Part shown: positions 21,463-30,877 of the stretch, one piece after another
Layout of the letters: every line of letters starts with the position of its first letter
Position numbering within the stretch: position 1 is the first letter of the stretch
Source of the DNA: an uncultured Methanoregulaceae archaeon
Lineage (GTDB): Archaea > Halobacteriota > Methanomicrobia > Methanomicrobiales > Methanospirillaceae
Assembly: GCA_963717525.1 (NCBI GenBank)
Contig: OY970343.1
Coordinates: 1,920,001 to 1,984,000, forward strand
Length of the DNA: 64,000 bases
Direction of reading: 5' to 3'
The notes under the pieces: generated by a model
What the model was told of the DNA's origin: nothing
Seen by the model: the letters and a program-made list of their open reading frames with translations, nothing else
Databases searched by the model: none
Position numbers and translations under genes: made by a program

Positions 21463-22757
21463 ATGCCTTCCAATACCGGCCGTCATCTCCTTTGGGGAAT
21501 TATCTGGGGGATCGTCATCATGTTGCTGCTCTGCATCCCGCTTGCAGCCGCTGCATCTGATACGACTCCCACCTCGGGCGGCCCTGTGGTGTATCTCAAT
21601 TTCAACGAAGGCAGCAGCAATCTTGCCCTCGACGCATCCGGCCACGGGAATACCGGGACCATCCATGGCAGCGCATACCGGATCGACAACGGCGGGTGTG
21701 TGAAGGCGCTGGTGCTGGGCGGAAACGGAAGTTACGTATCTGTATCGTATACACCGGCAAACCACCCCACCGGTGCCATAACAGTGTCCACATGGTTCTA
21801 CGTCAACGACACGACACCCCAGGCTCTGGTCTCGACGTATGAGGATGGCGGGGGGTACCGGCTCGGGTTCGATGAGGGAAACGATCTCTGGTGGACCCTT
21901 GGTCTTGACAACCCCGCAGGTGGGGTTTCCGTAGTGATCCCGCACGAGACCATCGCTCTCGGGCAGTGGCACCAGGTCACCGGGTCCTACGATGGATCGG
22001 TCGCGAGGATCTATCTCGACGGCGTTCTCCGCAACCAGGTGAATGCGACCGGCCCGATCCGGTATGTTGACAACAACTCTGTCATGATCGGCGCTGATGC
22101 GGGCCCTGCAGATTCACCCGCTGACAATTCCCCCGACTACTTGACCGGGGGGGTGGACGAGGTCAGGATTTACGACCGGGCCCTCTCGTACAACGAAGAG
22201 ATGGATGACCGGTACCAGTGTACTGCTGCTCCCGGGACCGGAATCCTGTCGCTTCCCACCGGCACTCCACCGGTATTTCTAACCTCGGGCTCACTCGACC
22301 TGGGTTCCGGTGAGACAGCCATGCGGAGGCTGACCTTTTCGAACCAGAGCGATCAGGGTGTCTGGCAGGTGACGGTTCCTCCCGGCTCCCAGCTCTCGGT
22401 TGGTGCCACGGCTTCTTATCCCGGCAACTATCCTGATGAATGGTACGTGGAGTCAGGGACCAGGACACCCAGCTCACGCGCATTGTCGCCTTCCCGGTCC
22501 CGTACAACTCCCCGGCAACCGGCATTATTGAGTCGGGAAATGCCACTGTGCTCGTCCATTACTTCGGTGGCCCGGGTCGGTTCCCGGCGAGCATGAGTCT
22601 CAGCTTTACCTGCACCGGGCAGGAGAGCCCGGTTATGTCCCTGCCAAAAGCAATCCTCGAATACCCGATCATCGTGATCTATTCAGCATCATGGGCGACA
22701 CTGATTGCCCTTATTGTTGTCATCGTCTGGGCCCACAAGCGTCGCACCAGACAATAA
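21463..22757 (+). CDS. secreted/membrane-anchored LamG (concanavalin-like) domain protein, frameshifted near 22452
   Basis: Signal peptide, DASGHGNTG, WHQVTGSYDG...IYLDG and GGVDEVRIYDRALS; C-terminal TM helix in the second frame. Confidence 0.8.
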
Positions 22758-22836
22758 CCTTCTTTTATTTTTTACCGTAAAGGCACGAACAATCAACAGT
22801 GTCCACGGCTATGAGCATGGCACAATTAAAAAAAGA

Positions 22837-23340
22837 TCAAAGGGTAATTTCACGGAACTGTTTTCCGAATACCCCGCAGATAGGGCACTTGTCAGGCGCC
22901 TTGCCGATCTCGATATTGCCACAGACCGGGCAGAGAAAGATTTTCTCCCTGCCAAGATCATGGCCTGCTTTTAAGGCCGCAAGCGCCTTTTTGTACAGCC
23001 CCGCATGGACTTCTTCGGCCTTCATAGCGTGAGTGAATGCAAGCACTGCCTCACTCTTCTTCTCGGCTTCAGCCTCCTTGATAAATGCGGGATACATGGA
23101 GGTGTACTCGTGGGTCTCCCCTTCGATGCTTCCTTCCAGGTTCTTCTCGGTAGCGTTGACTGCCCCAAGCACTTTTAAAAGCTTCTTTGCGTGGATTGCC
23201 TCGGCCTCAGATGCAGCCTTGTAAAGCGTGGCAATGCTGGTGAAACCATCGGCAGCTGCTTTTTCGGAAAATGCAAGATACTTCCGGTTGGCCTGGGATT
23301 CTCCGGCAAACGCGTCCATAGCATTGTTCTGGGTTGTCAT
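22837..23340 (-). CDS. rbr: rubrerythrin
   Basis: AFAGESQA, EAIHA, GETHE and EEVH di-iron motifs; C-terminal CPVC/CPIC rubredoxin domain. Confidence 0.92.
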   Translation of the reverse strand: MTTQNNAMDAFAGESQANRKYLAFSEKAAADGFTSIATLYKAASEAEAIHAKKLLKVLGAVNATEKNLEGSIEGETHEYTSMYPAFIKEAEAEKKSEAVLAFTHAMKAEEVHAGLYKKALAALKAGHDLGREKIFLCPVCGNIEIGKAPDKCPICGVFGKQFREITL

Positions 23341-23537
23341 ACGGGAACGTATGGTCTGGTATTTACTTAAATATTTTTCATGAGGCATACCGGGTATAAT
23401 ATCGTCATGAATATCGTCATGATCCCGCGATAAGCGGAATTACATAAGAAAGAGATTATAGATTTTGGCACACCACGCTTATGTATGCGTGAACAGGTGC
23501 CGACCCGCGGGTTATTGTGCCCCGGCCGGGTCATGCC

Positions 23538-24200
23538 ATGAAGATGATGAAGGATCTCCCCGCACACGACCGTCCCCGGGAGAAGATCGCACAAAAGGGT
23601 GTGCAGGCGCTTACCAATACCGAGCTGATCGAGTCGATCCTCGGGAGAGGAGTCCAGAACCGGGATGTCCGGGCGATCGCCCACGACATCGCTGCGCTGC
23701 TGGATGATCCTGCCCGGCAGATCCGGTATGAAGACCTGCTGGAGATCGGGGGTATGGGGCCAACAAAAGCCGCCCAGATCATGGCCTGCCTCGAACTCGG
23801 GCGGCGCAGGTATGAGACGGGCAGCGCTGTAAAGATCCAGAAACCAGAGGATGTCCTGCCGCTTGTGGGTTCCTACCGGGAAAAACCTCAGGAGCATTTT
23901 ATCTGTATCTCACTTTCCGGGGCCGGCGAGGTGATCCAAACCCGCGTGATCACTATCGGGATCCTTAACCACAGCCTCGTCCATCCACGCGAGGTGTTTG
24001 CCGGGGCGATCACCGACCGGGCGGCATCGGTCATCTGCGTGCACAACCACCCGTCAGGATCCCTTGACGCAAGCCCGCAGGACATCGCGATCACCCGGCA
24101 GCTCCAGGAGGCAGGAGCCCTGCTTGGCATCCAGCTCCTCGACCATATTATTATCACAAAGAGCGGTTTTTCCAGCCTGAAAGAAAAGGGGCTGGTCTGA
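23538..24200 (+). CDS. radC: RadC/JAB-domain protein (UPF0758)
   Basis: RPREK, VHPREVF, HNHPSG and LLDHIII. Confidence 0.92.
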   Translation: MKMMKDLPAHDRPREKIAQKGVQALTNTELIESILGRGVQNRDVRAIAHDIAALLDDPARQIRYEDLLEIGGMGPTKAAQIMACLELGRRRYETGSAVKIQKPEDVLPLVGSYREKPQEHFICISLSGAGEVIQTRVITIGILNHSLVHPREVFAGAITDRAASVICVHNHPSGSLDASPQDIAITRQLQEAGALLGIQLLDHIIITKSGFSSLKEKGLV

Positions 24201-24288
24201 TCTCCGGGCTGACAGAGGCAGCGAGGCCGTGTCTGATATATCCTGTGACGGGAAACGGGAGATTAATTCAGGATTAGTGCGGGCATTA

Positions 24289-24885
24289 TTACGGCTGAGC
24301 AAGCGATTTTCCGAGGGCAAATCCCTTTTTGTACGCCGCATCGAGGAGCTCAGGCCGGGTTGCAATATCCCGTATAGTGTCCATGCCATTGATCAGCAGC
24401 TCATCCCGGTACTGGCAGTCGATGATATCGAAGAATGCCCGGGTTGTCAGTTTTGCGCCAACGAACACTTCCGGGATATCCATTCCTGATATGCAGATGA
24501 AAAGGCCGGCCCGTTTTTCCTTCCGGTCCGGGGAAATTAAAGACTGATTCCGGAGGTACTTGGCCATAAAAAAGACCTGAAACCTATCCATAAAGGCTTT
24601 GAGCGTGCCGGGGATCCCCATCGTCATCACGGGTGTTGCAAGGATCAGGCCGTCCATATCCACAAATTTCGGGTAGATCTGCTGCATATCATCATCGAGA
24701 ATGCAGGTCTCGTGATCCCGGCAGAAAAACATTTCCTGGCAGCCCTGGAAATCCAAGCTGGTCACCGGGACGAGTTCCACGGTGCAGCCGGCGTCCTTTG
24801 TTCCCTGCACGGCCCGTGCGAGCAACCGTGCCGTGTTGCCTTCGGGAAGGGGGCTGCCGAGAAGTCCGATAACCTTTGGTGTCAT
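24289..24885 (-). CDS. iron-sulfur flavoprotein / NADPH-dependent FMN reductase family
   Basis: GSP..GNT, ATPV and LKAFMDR; Cys motif C-x2-M-x2-C-x5-C. Confidence 0.85.
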   Translation of the reverse strand: MTPKVIGLLGSPLPEGNTARLLARAVQGTKDAGCTVELVPVTSLDFQGCQEMFFCRDHETCILDDDMQQIYPKFVDMDGLILATPVMTMGIPGTLKAFMDRFQVFFMAKYLRNQSLISPDRKEKRAGLFICISGMDIPEVFVGAKLTTRAFFDIIDCQYRDELLINGMDTIRDIATRPELLDAAYKKGFALGKSLAQP

Positions 24886-25014
24886 ACCGGCATTAGGGGA
24901 AAAAAACCAATATAGTTTTGCATAGGTCAAACTTTTCTGACAGGTATACGATGACGTCGTATGCGGGTGCACTAACACAACTGATATATATCTTCGATAT
25001 AAAAGTGAAGTCTG

Positions 25015-25254
25015 GTGATACATCTGACCGAACAAAAGACGTATGCAGCAGGCCAGAAAGTCGGGCCGGGAAAATACGTGTGTATCGATTGCGGCAAGGA
25101 ACTCACGCTCGACAAGAGCGAGCAGGATCTCCGCAAATGCCCGGCCTGCTCCTGCGAGGAGTACCAGTGTTTCCCTATGACCCATATCCGGCCGGATATC
25201 AAGACTCCCGAAGATGCTAAAAACCCGCCCAAGCGGGGTAAGAGTTTCCAGTAA
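25015..25254 (+). CDS. small zinc-ribbon protein
   Basis: AGQKVGPGKYVCIDCG...CPAC pattern. Confidence 0.75.
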   Translation: MIHLTEQKTYAAGQKVGPGKYVCIDCGKELTLDKSEQDLRKCPACSCEEYQCFPMTHIRPDIKTPEDAKNPPKRGKSFQ

Positions 25255-25371
25255 TTTCTCATTTTTCCGGCAACGGTACTGCCAGTGGTGAACGCCCACG
25301 GAAACCTCTGAAAGGGTTCTTCGGGTCCGGTGGTGCAGCAGAACACCACGTCACAAATAACGAGGTTCAGC

Positions 25372-25500
25372 ATGGTGAATGTATCAGCAGAAGGGCAGGT
25401 CTTCAAATGCGAGATCTGCGGCAATGTTGTGATCGTAAAAGAAGCCGGCGGCGGAGAACTGGTCTGCTGCGGCGAACCGATGATTCTGGTGAGTGAATGA
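25372..25500 (+). CDS. desulforedoxin (Dx, FeS4 domain), 42 aa; absent from the ORF track
   Basis: [42 protein letters not shown]: CxxC...CC motif; GAGGT RBS upstream. Confidence 0.9.
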   Translation: MVNVSAEGQVFKCEICGNVVIVKEAGGGELVCCGEPMILVSE

Positions 25501-25502
25501 TT

Positions 25503-25880
25503 ATGGTTGTCAAAAAGCCTGTTACAAAGAGCAAAACCGTAAAAGAACTTAAAGGACTGGAAAAGAAGATCGGCAAAGTACCCAAGTTCTTCAAAGAACT
25601 GACCGTGAACGATCCCGCGATGTATAACCTTGTCATCAAGATGGAAGACCACATCTGGGATGATGGCAAGCTCACAAGGAAGACAAAGAAGCTGATCGCC
25701 ATCGCGATTGCAGCGGCACTCCGCGACCAGCATGCGGTTCGTGCCCAGCTGATGGGAGCAGCAAGCCTGGGAGTCACCAAGGCCGAAGTCGAAGAGGCGC
25801 TCCGGGTCACCTTCCTGCTCTCGGGCATGCCGGCCTATGTTTATGGCAAGGCCCAGCTTGACGAAGTCATGAAAAAGTAA
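25503..25880 (+). CDS. carboxymuconolactone decarboxylase (CMD/AhpD-like) family protein
   Basis: LTRKTKKLIAIAIAA and GVTKAEVEEAL...GMPA; contains no cysteine. Confidence 0.82.
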   Translation: MVVKKPVTKSKTVKELKGLEKKIGKVPKFFKELTVNDPAMYNLVIKMEDHIWDDGKLTRKTKKLIAIAIAAALRDQHAVRAQLMGAASLGVTKAEVEEALRVTFLLSGMPAYVYGKAQLDEVMKK

Positions 25881-26029
25881 CCCCGTAAGAGCGGTATAAT
25901 CAATTTTTTGTTTTCCAGATATTTTAGTGCATACTCAATTGTCCGGCCGGGTTGCTGGCGCACACAGCGGCTGCCCAAGGCCGGTAGCGTATCCAATGAT
26001 TTTTCACCCACCGTATCCAAGCATCATCT

Positions 26030-26656
26030 ATGCCCATAAAGGTCCTCGCGTTTGCCGGCAGCCCGCGCAGGTTTGGCAATTCGGAGACACTGCTCGACTG
26101 GACGCTTGCATCCATGGCAGAAGAGCCGGACGTCTCTATAGAGAAGGTTCCGCTCACCGAGGCAAACATTAACCCTTGCCAAGGGTGCAACGCGTGCGAA
26201 AAACTCAACAAGTGCATCCAGAATGATGGTATGGATACGTATCACGACAAGATAGTTGAAGCGGACTGTATTGTCCTCTCCTCCCCTATCTACTGTATGG
26301 GACTCTGTTCGCAGGTGAAAGCCCTTGTCGATCGTGCACAGGTTTTCCGGTCCCGTAAATATGTCCTCAAACTGCCGATTGTACCGCCCGAACGCAAAGG
26401 TAAACGCCTGGGAGTCTTCCTTGCGACCGCGGGGCAGAACTGGCCGCATGTTTTTGATGCGGCAGTGCCCTCGGTCAAGTGCTTTTATCACGTGATCGAT
26501 ATCAATGACGCAGATATCAGGTACCTGATGGTGAACGGTGTTGATGAGATGGGGGCGATCGAGCACCACCCTACCGCCCGCGACGATGCAAAAAAACTGG
26601 GAAAATCCGTCATTGCCGAACTCAAAAAACGACTGGCGGAAGGAAAACCTGCATGA
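26030..26656 (+). CDS. iron-sulfur flavoprotein (Isf family)
   Basis: GSPRRFGNS, CQGCNAC...C and SPIY. Confidence 0.88.
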   Translation: MPIKVLAFAGSPRRFGNSETLLDWTLASMAEEPDVSIEKVPLTEANINPCQGCNACEKLNKCIQNDGMDTYHDKIVEADCIVLSSPIYCMGLCSQVKALVDRAQVFRSRKYVLKLPIVPPERKGKRLGVFLATAGQNWPHVFDAAVPSVKCFYHVIDINDADIRYLMVNGVDEMGAIEHHPTARDDAKKLGKSVIAELKKRLAEGKPA

Positions 26657-27261
26657 CTCTAAAGGTCCTCGGTATTTCAGGAAGCCCGCACCGGCACGGG
26701 AACACCGAGACTCTGCTCGACAGTTTCCTTGAAGGGGCACGGGCTGCGGGAGCATCGGTGGAAAAGGTGGTGCTCAAGGAGATTAATTACTCCCCCTGCC
26801 AAGGATGCAACGCCTGCCACAAGACCGGCGATTGCATCGTCAAAGACGACGCCCCGGGCCTGTACGACAAGATCCTCTCTGCCGACATTGTTGCCGTCGC
26901 CTCCCCTATCTACAGCATGGGGATCACCGCACAGCTTAAAGGGTTCATTGACCGGGCGCAGTACCTCTGGGCACGCAAGTTTATCCTCAAGACGCTGGAC
27001 TTCTCAGAAGACCATATAAAAAGGCATAAGGGAGTTTTTATCTCGACGGCAGGCCAGAGCCTCGATCATGTGTTCGATAGTGCCTTCCCCGCGATCACCG
27101 CCCTCTTTCATGGTACGGGGTTTGACTATTCCGACAATATCGTCGCTAACGACATGGACCGCTACAACGGGATCAAAAATCACCCGACTGCGTTAAAAGA
27201 AGCATACCAAAAGGGGCAGCAGATCGTCCGCGATCTGGAAATAATCCCCGGGAACAACTGA
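26653..27261 (+). CDS. iron-sulfur flavoprotein (Isf family)
   Basis: GSPHRHGNT, CQGCNAC...C, SPIY and LKGFIDR. Confidence 0.88.
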   Translation: MTLKVLGISGSPHRHGNTETLLDSFLEGARAAGASVEKVVLKEINYSPCQGCNACHKTGDCIVKDDAPGLYDKILSADIVAVASPIYSMGITAQLKGFIDRAQYLWARKFILKTLDFSEDHIKRHKGVFISTAGQSLDHVFDSAFPAITALFHGTGFDYSDNIVANDMDRYNGIKNHPTALKEAYQKGQQIVRDLEIIPGNN

Positions 27262-27296
27262 AATCCCAGGCTTTTTTCGCGCAGATAAAAAGAAAA

Positions 27297-27950
27297 TCAG
27301 AGGATATAGAAGGAGCTCACCAGCACCGCAAAGGATGCGCCAAGCAGCAGGACAAAGACTGGCAGGTTCCAGGACAGGACCTTGTTCCCGTCCAAGATGC
27401 TGATCGGGAGCATGTTGAAGGCGGCGATCATCGCATTGATCTGGATCCCGAAGATTCCGATCTGATAAAGGAGGGTGTTTGGCACAAGGGAGAGAGGGCC
27501 GCTGATGAAAAAGAGGGCGGCAAACGGGATAAAGAGCAGGAGGTTGGTTAGCGGCCCGGCGGCCGATATCTTCCCGTTCTCCTCCCGGGTGAGCACCCTG
27601 CCGTCCGGCCTGACGTTATAGATCACGGTCGCACCTGGTGCGGCAAAGACAAAGCCCACCAGTGCCGCAAGGGCGACGGCTACAAGGAGCATGAAGTTGT
27701 TCTTCCTGAATTCCGCCCAGAACCCGAATTTTATTGCGGCAAACTTGTGAGCCAGTTCGTGCAGGACAAGGCCAATCCCCGCAGTGAGGAGGGCGATGAC
27801 AAGGTAGGTGAGGGCCACCATCGGTTCAACTGCCGTAATGGGGCCAAGGACGCCATAGGGAGCCATCTTGATGATGGCAAACGAGAGCGATATGGCCAGC
27901 CATGCGGCAAAGAGATCGTATTCCTCGCGCCGGGTAATGTTTCCAAGCAT
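27297..27950 (-). CDS. M50 family intramembrane zinc metalloprotease
   Basis: HELAH, AAGP and FNMLP..LDG; multiple TM helices. Confidence 0.9.
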   Translation of the reverse strand: MLGNITRREEYDLFAAWLAISLSFAIIKMAPYGVLGPITAVEPMVALTYLVIALLTAGIGLVLHELAHKFAAIKFGFWAEFRKNNFMLLVAVALAALVGFVFAAPGATVIYNVRPDGRVLTREENGKISAAGPLTNLLLFIPFAALFFISGPLSLVPNTLLYQIGIFGIQINAMIAAFNMLPISILDGNKVLSWNLPVFVLLLGASFAVLVSSFYIL

Positions 27951-28057
27951 GAAATCACTGGATCAGATAGGGTTTTTATCTGATATGTGTCTTCGCGTAC
28001 AGACAAACGAAACCGGTGTCATCACGTTTATCCCTTTTTCCTGCGATGTACTTTCCT

Positions 28058-28357
28058 ATGACTATTGAAGAGGTCCGTGCGGAGATCACCCTGATCGATG
28101 AGGAGATCATCCGCCTCATCGCACAGCGGCAGAGCTTTGCCGGAAAAATTGCTGCAATCAAGCAGGAGCGGGGGATACCGGTCCACGACAACCAGCGCAA
28201 GACCGATGTGCTGGAATACGTGATGAAACTGGCAAAAGGAAACCACATCGACCCGGTCCCGGTCAAGGTGATCTTTGAGACCCTGATCGCCATGAACGAG
28301 AAAGCGCAGCGGGCGGCAATGGAAAAACCCATTCCGAAAAGAACGACCCGCAAATAA
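28058..28357 (+). CDS. chorismate mutase (AroQ type)
   Basis: IEEVRAEITLIDEEIIRLIAQR and IKQERGIPVHD. Confidence 0.85.
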   Translation: MTIEEVRAEITLIDEEIIRLIAQRQSFAGKIAAIKQERGIPVHDNQRKTDVLEYVMKLAKGNHIDPVPVKVIFETLIAMNEKAQRAAMEKPIPKRTTRK

Positions 28358-28437
28358 ATTTTTATTACCTGTTTTGTATATCAGATACCTTCCCGGAGTT
28401 TTTCATCTGAAAACAGGGAAGCCTGCACCGGAGGAAA

Positions 28438-29526
28438 TTACATGATCAGGGGCCCGACAATGATGAAGACTCCGACGAGGATCATGGCAACACCGATGGC
28501 AAACCGGAGTTTCCGGCGGTTTTCCAGCCTCCATGCGTTGACCCGCTCCGGGGGGATGCCTATCACGACCGCGAGAAGGATCAAAATGAGGGGCAGGATG
28601 AAGATAAAGTTATAGAGGAGCAGGTAGGGGATTCCCTCAGAGAGCGTGAGTGTACTGCTCATCAGGCTGAGGATAGTCAAGTAGATCCCCCCGGTGCAGG
28701 GCAGTTCGAAGATGCCGACAAGGACTCCCAGCACAAACGCGGCGGGCAGCGTTGCTGTCATGATATACCGCTCGATCACCGGTTTTTTCGATTCGGGGAT
28801 GGCAAGGATGAACCCCTCCTTTTTTATTGCAGCCTCGATGATGTTTACCACCCCGAGGACGATGGCGATGATTGCCGCCGCCAGTGCAATCAGGCTCGAG
28901 ACACCGGACACATGCACGAACGAGAGGACGCCGATCCCGGAGATGAAATAAAAGAGGAAGACTGCAGCGATGTAGGTAATGCCGACCATCAGCACCTGCC
29001 GGCGGCTCTGGAGCGCTATGATGGAGAGCAGGAGGATGATCAGGACCGTGAATGCACAGGGGTTGATGCTGTCGACCCCGGCACAGAAGATCACGAGGGG
29101 AATTGTCAGGGTTGTGAACGTTCCGGGACAGTTTTTGGCTGCCGTTATATTCACGGTCCCGTTTGCTTCGCCTGCAGGGAGGGCCTGTTCTTCGATAATC
29201 ACCTGCACCAGCTGATCCCGGATCTGGTCTTCACCGACCAGCGCATGGTTCCCGATGATGATCGTGGGAACTCCTGCCGTGGCGATGCCGAGATTCTGGT
29301 CCATGGCAAGGAACAGGGCCTGGTTGGTGACGTTGTGGTAGACTTCGAGCTGTTCAAGGTCGAAATTCGGGTACCGGGACTGTATTTCCGTAATGAATGG
29401 CTTGATATCATCACAATGGTTGCACCCATCGCCATAGAAAAAATACCCGGCTACGGTATGATTTGCACCGGCTGAAAAAGAGGGGGAGGCTGAAGAGTTG
29501 CCCGCAGGTGCCGGTTCAGGGTTTAC
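28438..29526 (-). CDS. ccdA: thioredoxin-fold (CNHC) plus CcdA/DsbD-type TM domain; open frame has no start codon until 29304
   Basis: DSINPCAF and ELPCTGGIY cysteine pair in TM region; upstream in-frame YFFYGDGCNHC domain. Confidence 0.8.
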   Translation of the reverse strand, partial: VNPEPAPAGNSSASPSFSAGANHTVAGYFFYGDGCNHCDDIKPFITEIQSRYPNFDLEQLEVYHNVTNQALFLAMDQNLGIATAGVPTIIIGNHALVGEDQIRDQLVQVIIEEQALPAGEANGTVNITAAKNCPGTFTTLTIPLVIFCAGVDSINPCAFTVLIILLLSIIALQSRRQVLMVGITYIAAVFLFYFISGIGVLSFVHVSGVSSLIALAAAIIAIVLGVVNIIEAAIKKEGFILAIPESKKPVIERYIMTATLPAAFVLGVLVGIFELPCTGGIYLTILSLMSSTLTLSEGIPYLLLYNFIFILPLILILLAVVIGIPPERVNAWRLENRRKLRFAIGVAMILVGVFIIVGPLIM

Positions 29527-29927
29527 TTTTTTTTTTCAATGGCCTGAAGATACCCCTCAAGCTTTGCGGGGATGTCCACTTCGCCCACGATCACGGTTTT
29601 GCCGATGACCACTTCCGGGACGCCCGGCGGGGTTGAAATACCGGCCTCGGCATTTATCTGCGCATAGATCTGCTGGTTGGTCTGGTTATACCAGACTTCG
29701 AGCATCCTGATATCAATATCGGGATAGTTCCTAGTGATATTTTCCATGAACGGCTCGATCTTGGCGCAGTGCGGGCACCCCTGGCCGTAGAAATAATAGA
29801 CAATGCTGTCGTTTACAGCCGATGAAGGGGCAGCGGTGGCTGGCGGGGCAGAGAAAACAACATAGGCCAGGCTGGCAGCGGCGATGACCACAAACAGTGC
29901 AACAACAAATTTTATGACCTTATCCAT
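29523..29927 (-). CDS. membrane-anchored thioredoxin/glutaredoxin-fold protein
   Basis: N-terminal TM/signal, YFYGQGCPHC and GVP; ends GAA AAA AAA AAG TAA. Confidence 0.82.
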   Translation of the reverse strand: MDKVIKFVVALFVVIAAASLAYVVFSAPPATAAPSSAVNDSIVYYFYGQGCPHCAKIEPFMENITRNYPDIDIRMLEVWYNQTNQQIYAQINAEAGISTPPGVPEVVIGKTVIVGEVDIPAKLEGYLQAIEKKK

Positions 29928-30001
29928 CCGGTGACACCTGCCCGCCTTTTTCCGGGGCGCTGGTTTTCTTATGTGAATGTTGCCGCGTCGTGCAAAAAAA
30001 C

Positions 30002-30877
30002 CTACTGGATGGAGATCATCGTCCCTACGCCTTCATGGGTGAAGAGTTCGAGGATCAGGTTATGCTCCACGTTACCGTTGATGATGTGGGAATAACGAAC
30101 ACCGTTCTCCACTGCCTTGATAACCGAAGTCACTTTCGGGATCATTCCCTCCCCGATGGCCCCCGATGAAAGGAGGGCATGGGCTTCATCGACGGAGAGC
30201 TTGCGGAAGACATGGGTTCGTTTCGCGTCCATCACACCGTCGACATCGGTCATGTTGATCAGCTTGTATGCCTTGAGCGCGACGGCGATGTCTCCTGCGG
30301 CGGTATCTGCGTTGATGTTGAGGCTCCCGCCAAGCCGGTCTATCGCAATGGGGGAGATAACCGGGATATAGTCCCTTTCAAGAAGGGTATTAAGAAGCGC
30401 GGGATCGATCCATTCAATCTCGCCGACATGCCCGAGATCCACCTCCTGTTCCACACCTTTCACATTGACCTTCTGGAGCTCCATCTTCTTTGCGATGATG
30501 ATATTCCCGTCGCTTCCCGAGAGCCCGACACCTTTTGCACCGCACTTTGCGATCAGGGATATGATCCCCTTGTTGATCTTGCCCACGAGCACCATCTGGG
30601 CGATCTCCAGCGTCTCCTGATCGGTGACGCGCAACCCCCCGACAAAGACCGATTCTTTCCCGAGCGCCTTCATCTTCTCGGTTATCTCCGGTCCTCCGCC
30701 ATGGACAAGCACGACGCGAATCCCGACGTAGTGAAGCAGCACAGCGTCCTTTATGGCGTTTTCGAGAACGATCGGGTCGACCATCGCGTGCCCCCCAAGC
30801 TTGATCACGATCGTTTTGCCGTGGAACTGCTGGATATAGGGAAGGGCTTCCATCAGGACATCCTCGCGCTTCATCAT
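30002..30877 (-). CDS. argB: acetylglutamate kinase
   Basis: EALPYI, IKLGG, VHGGGP, NINAD and GMIPK. Confidence 0.95.
   Translation of the reverse strand: MMKREDVLMEALPYIQQFHGKTIVIKLGGHAMVDPIVLENAIKDAVLLHYVGIRVVLVHGGGPEITEKMKALGKESVFVGGLRVTDQETLEIAQMVLVGKINKGIISLIAKCGAKGVGLSGSDGNIIIAKKMELQKVNVKGVEQEVDLGHVGEIEWIDPALLNTLLERDYIPVISPIAIDRLGGSLNINADTAAGDIAVALKAYKLINMTDVDGVMDAKRTHVFRKLSVDEAHALLSSGAIGEGMIPKVTSVIKAVENGVRYSHIINGNVEHNLILELFTHEGVGTMISIQ

Noticed and set aside
21340..21972. Apparent 590-aa TrxR
   Set aside because: The extension is antisense to the LamG gene; the real start is 21339
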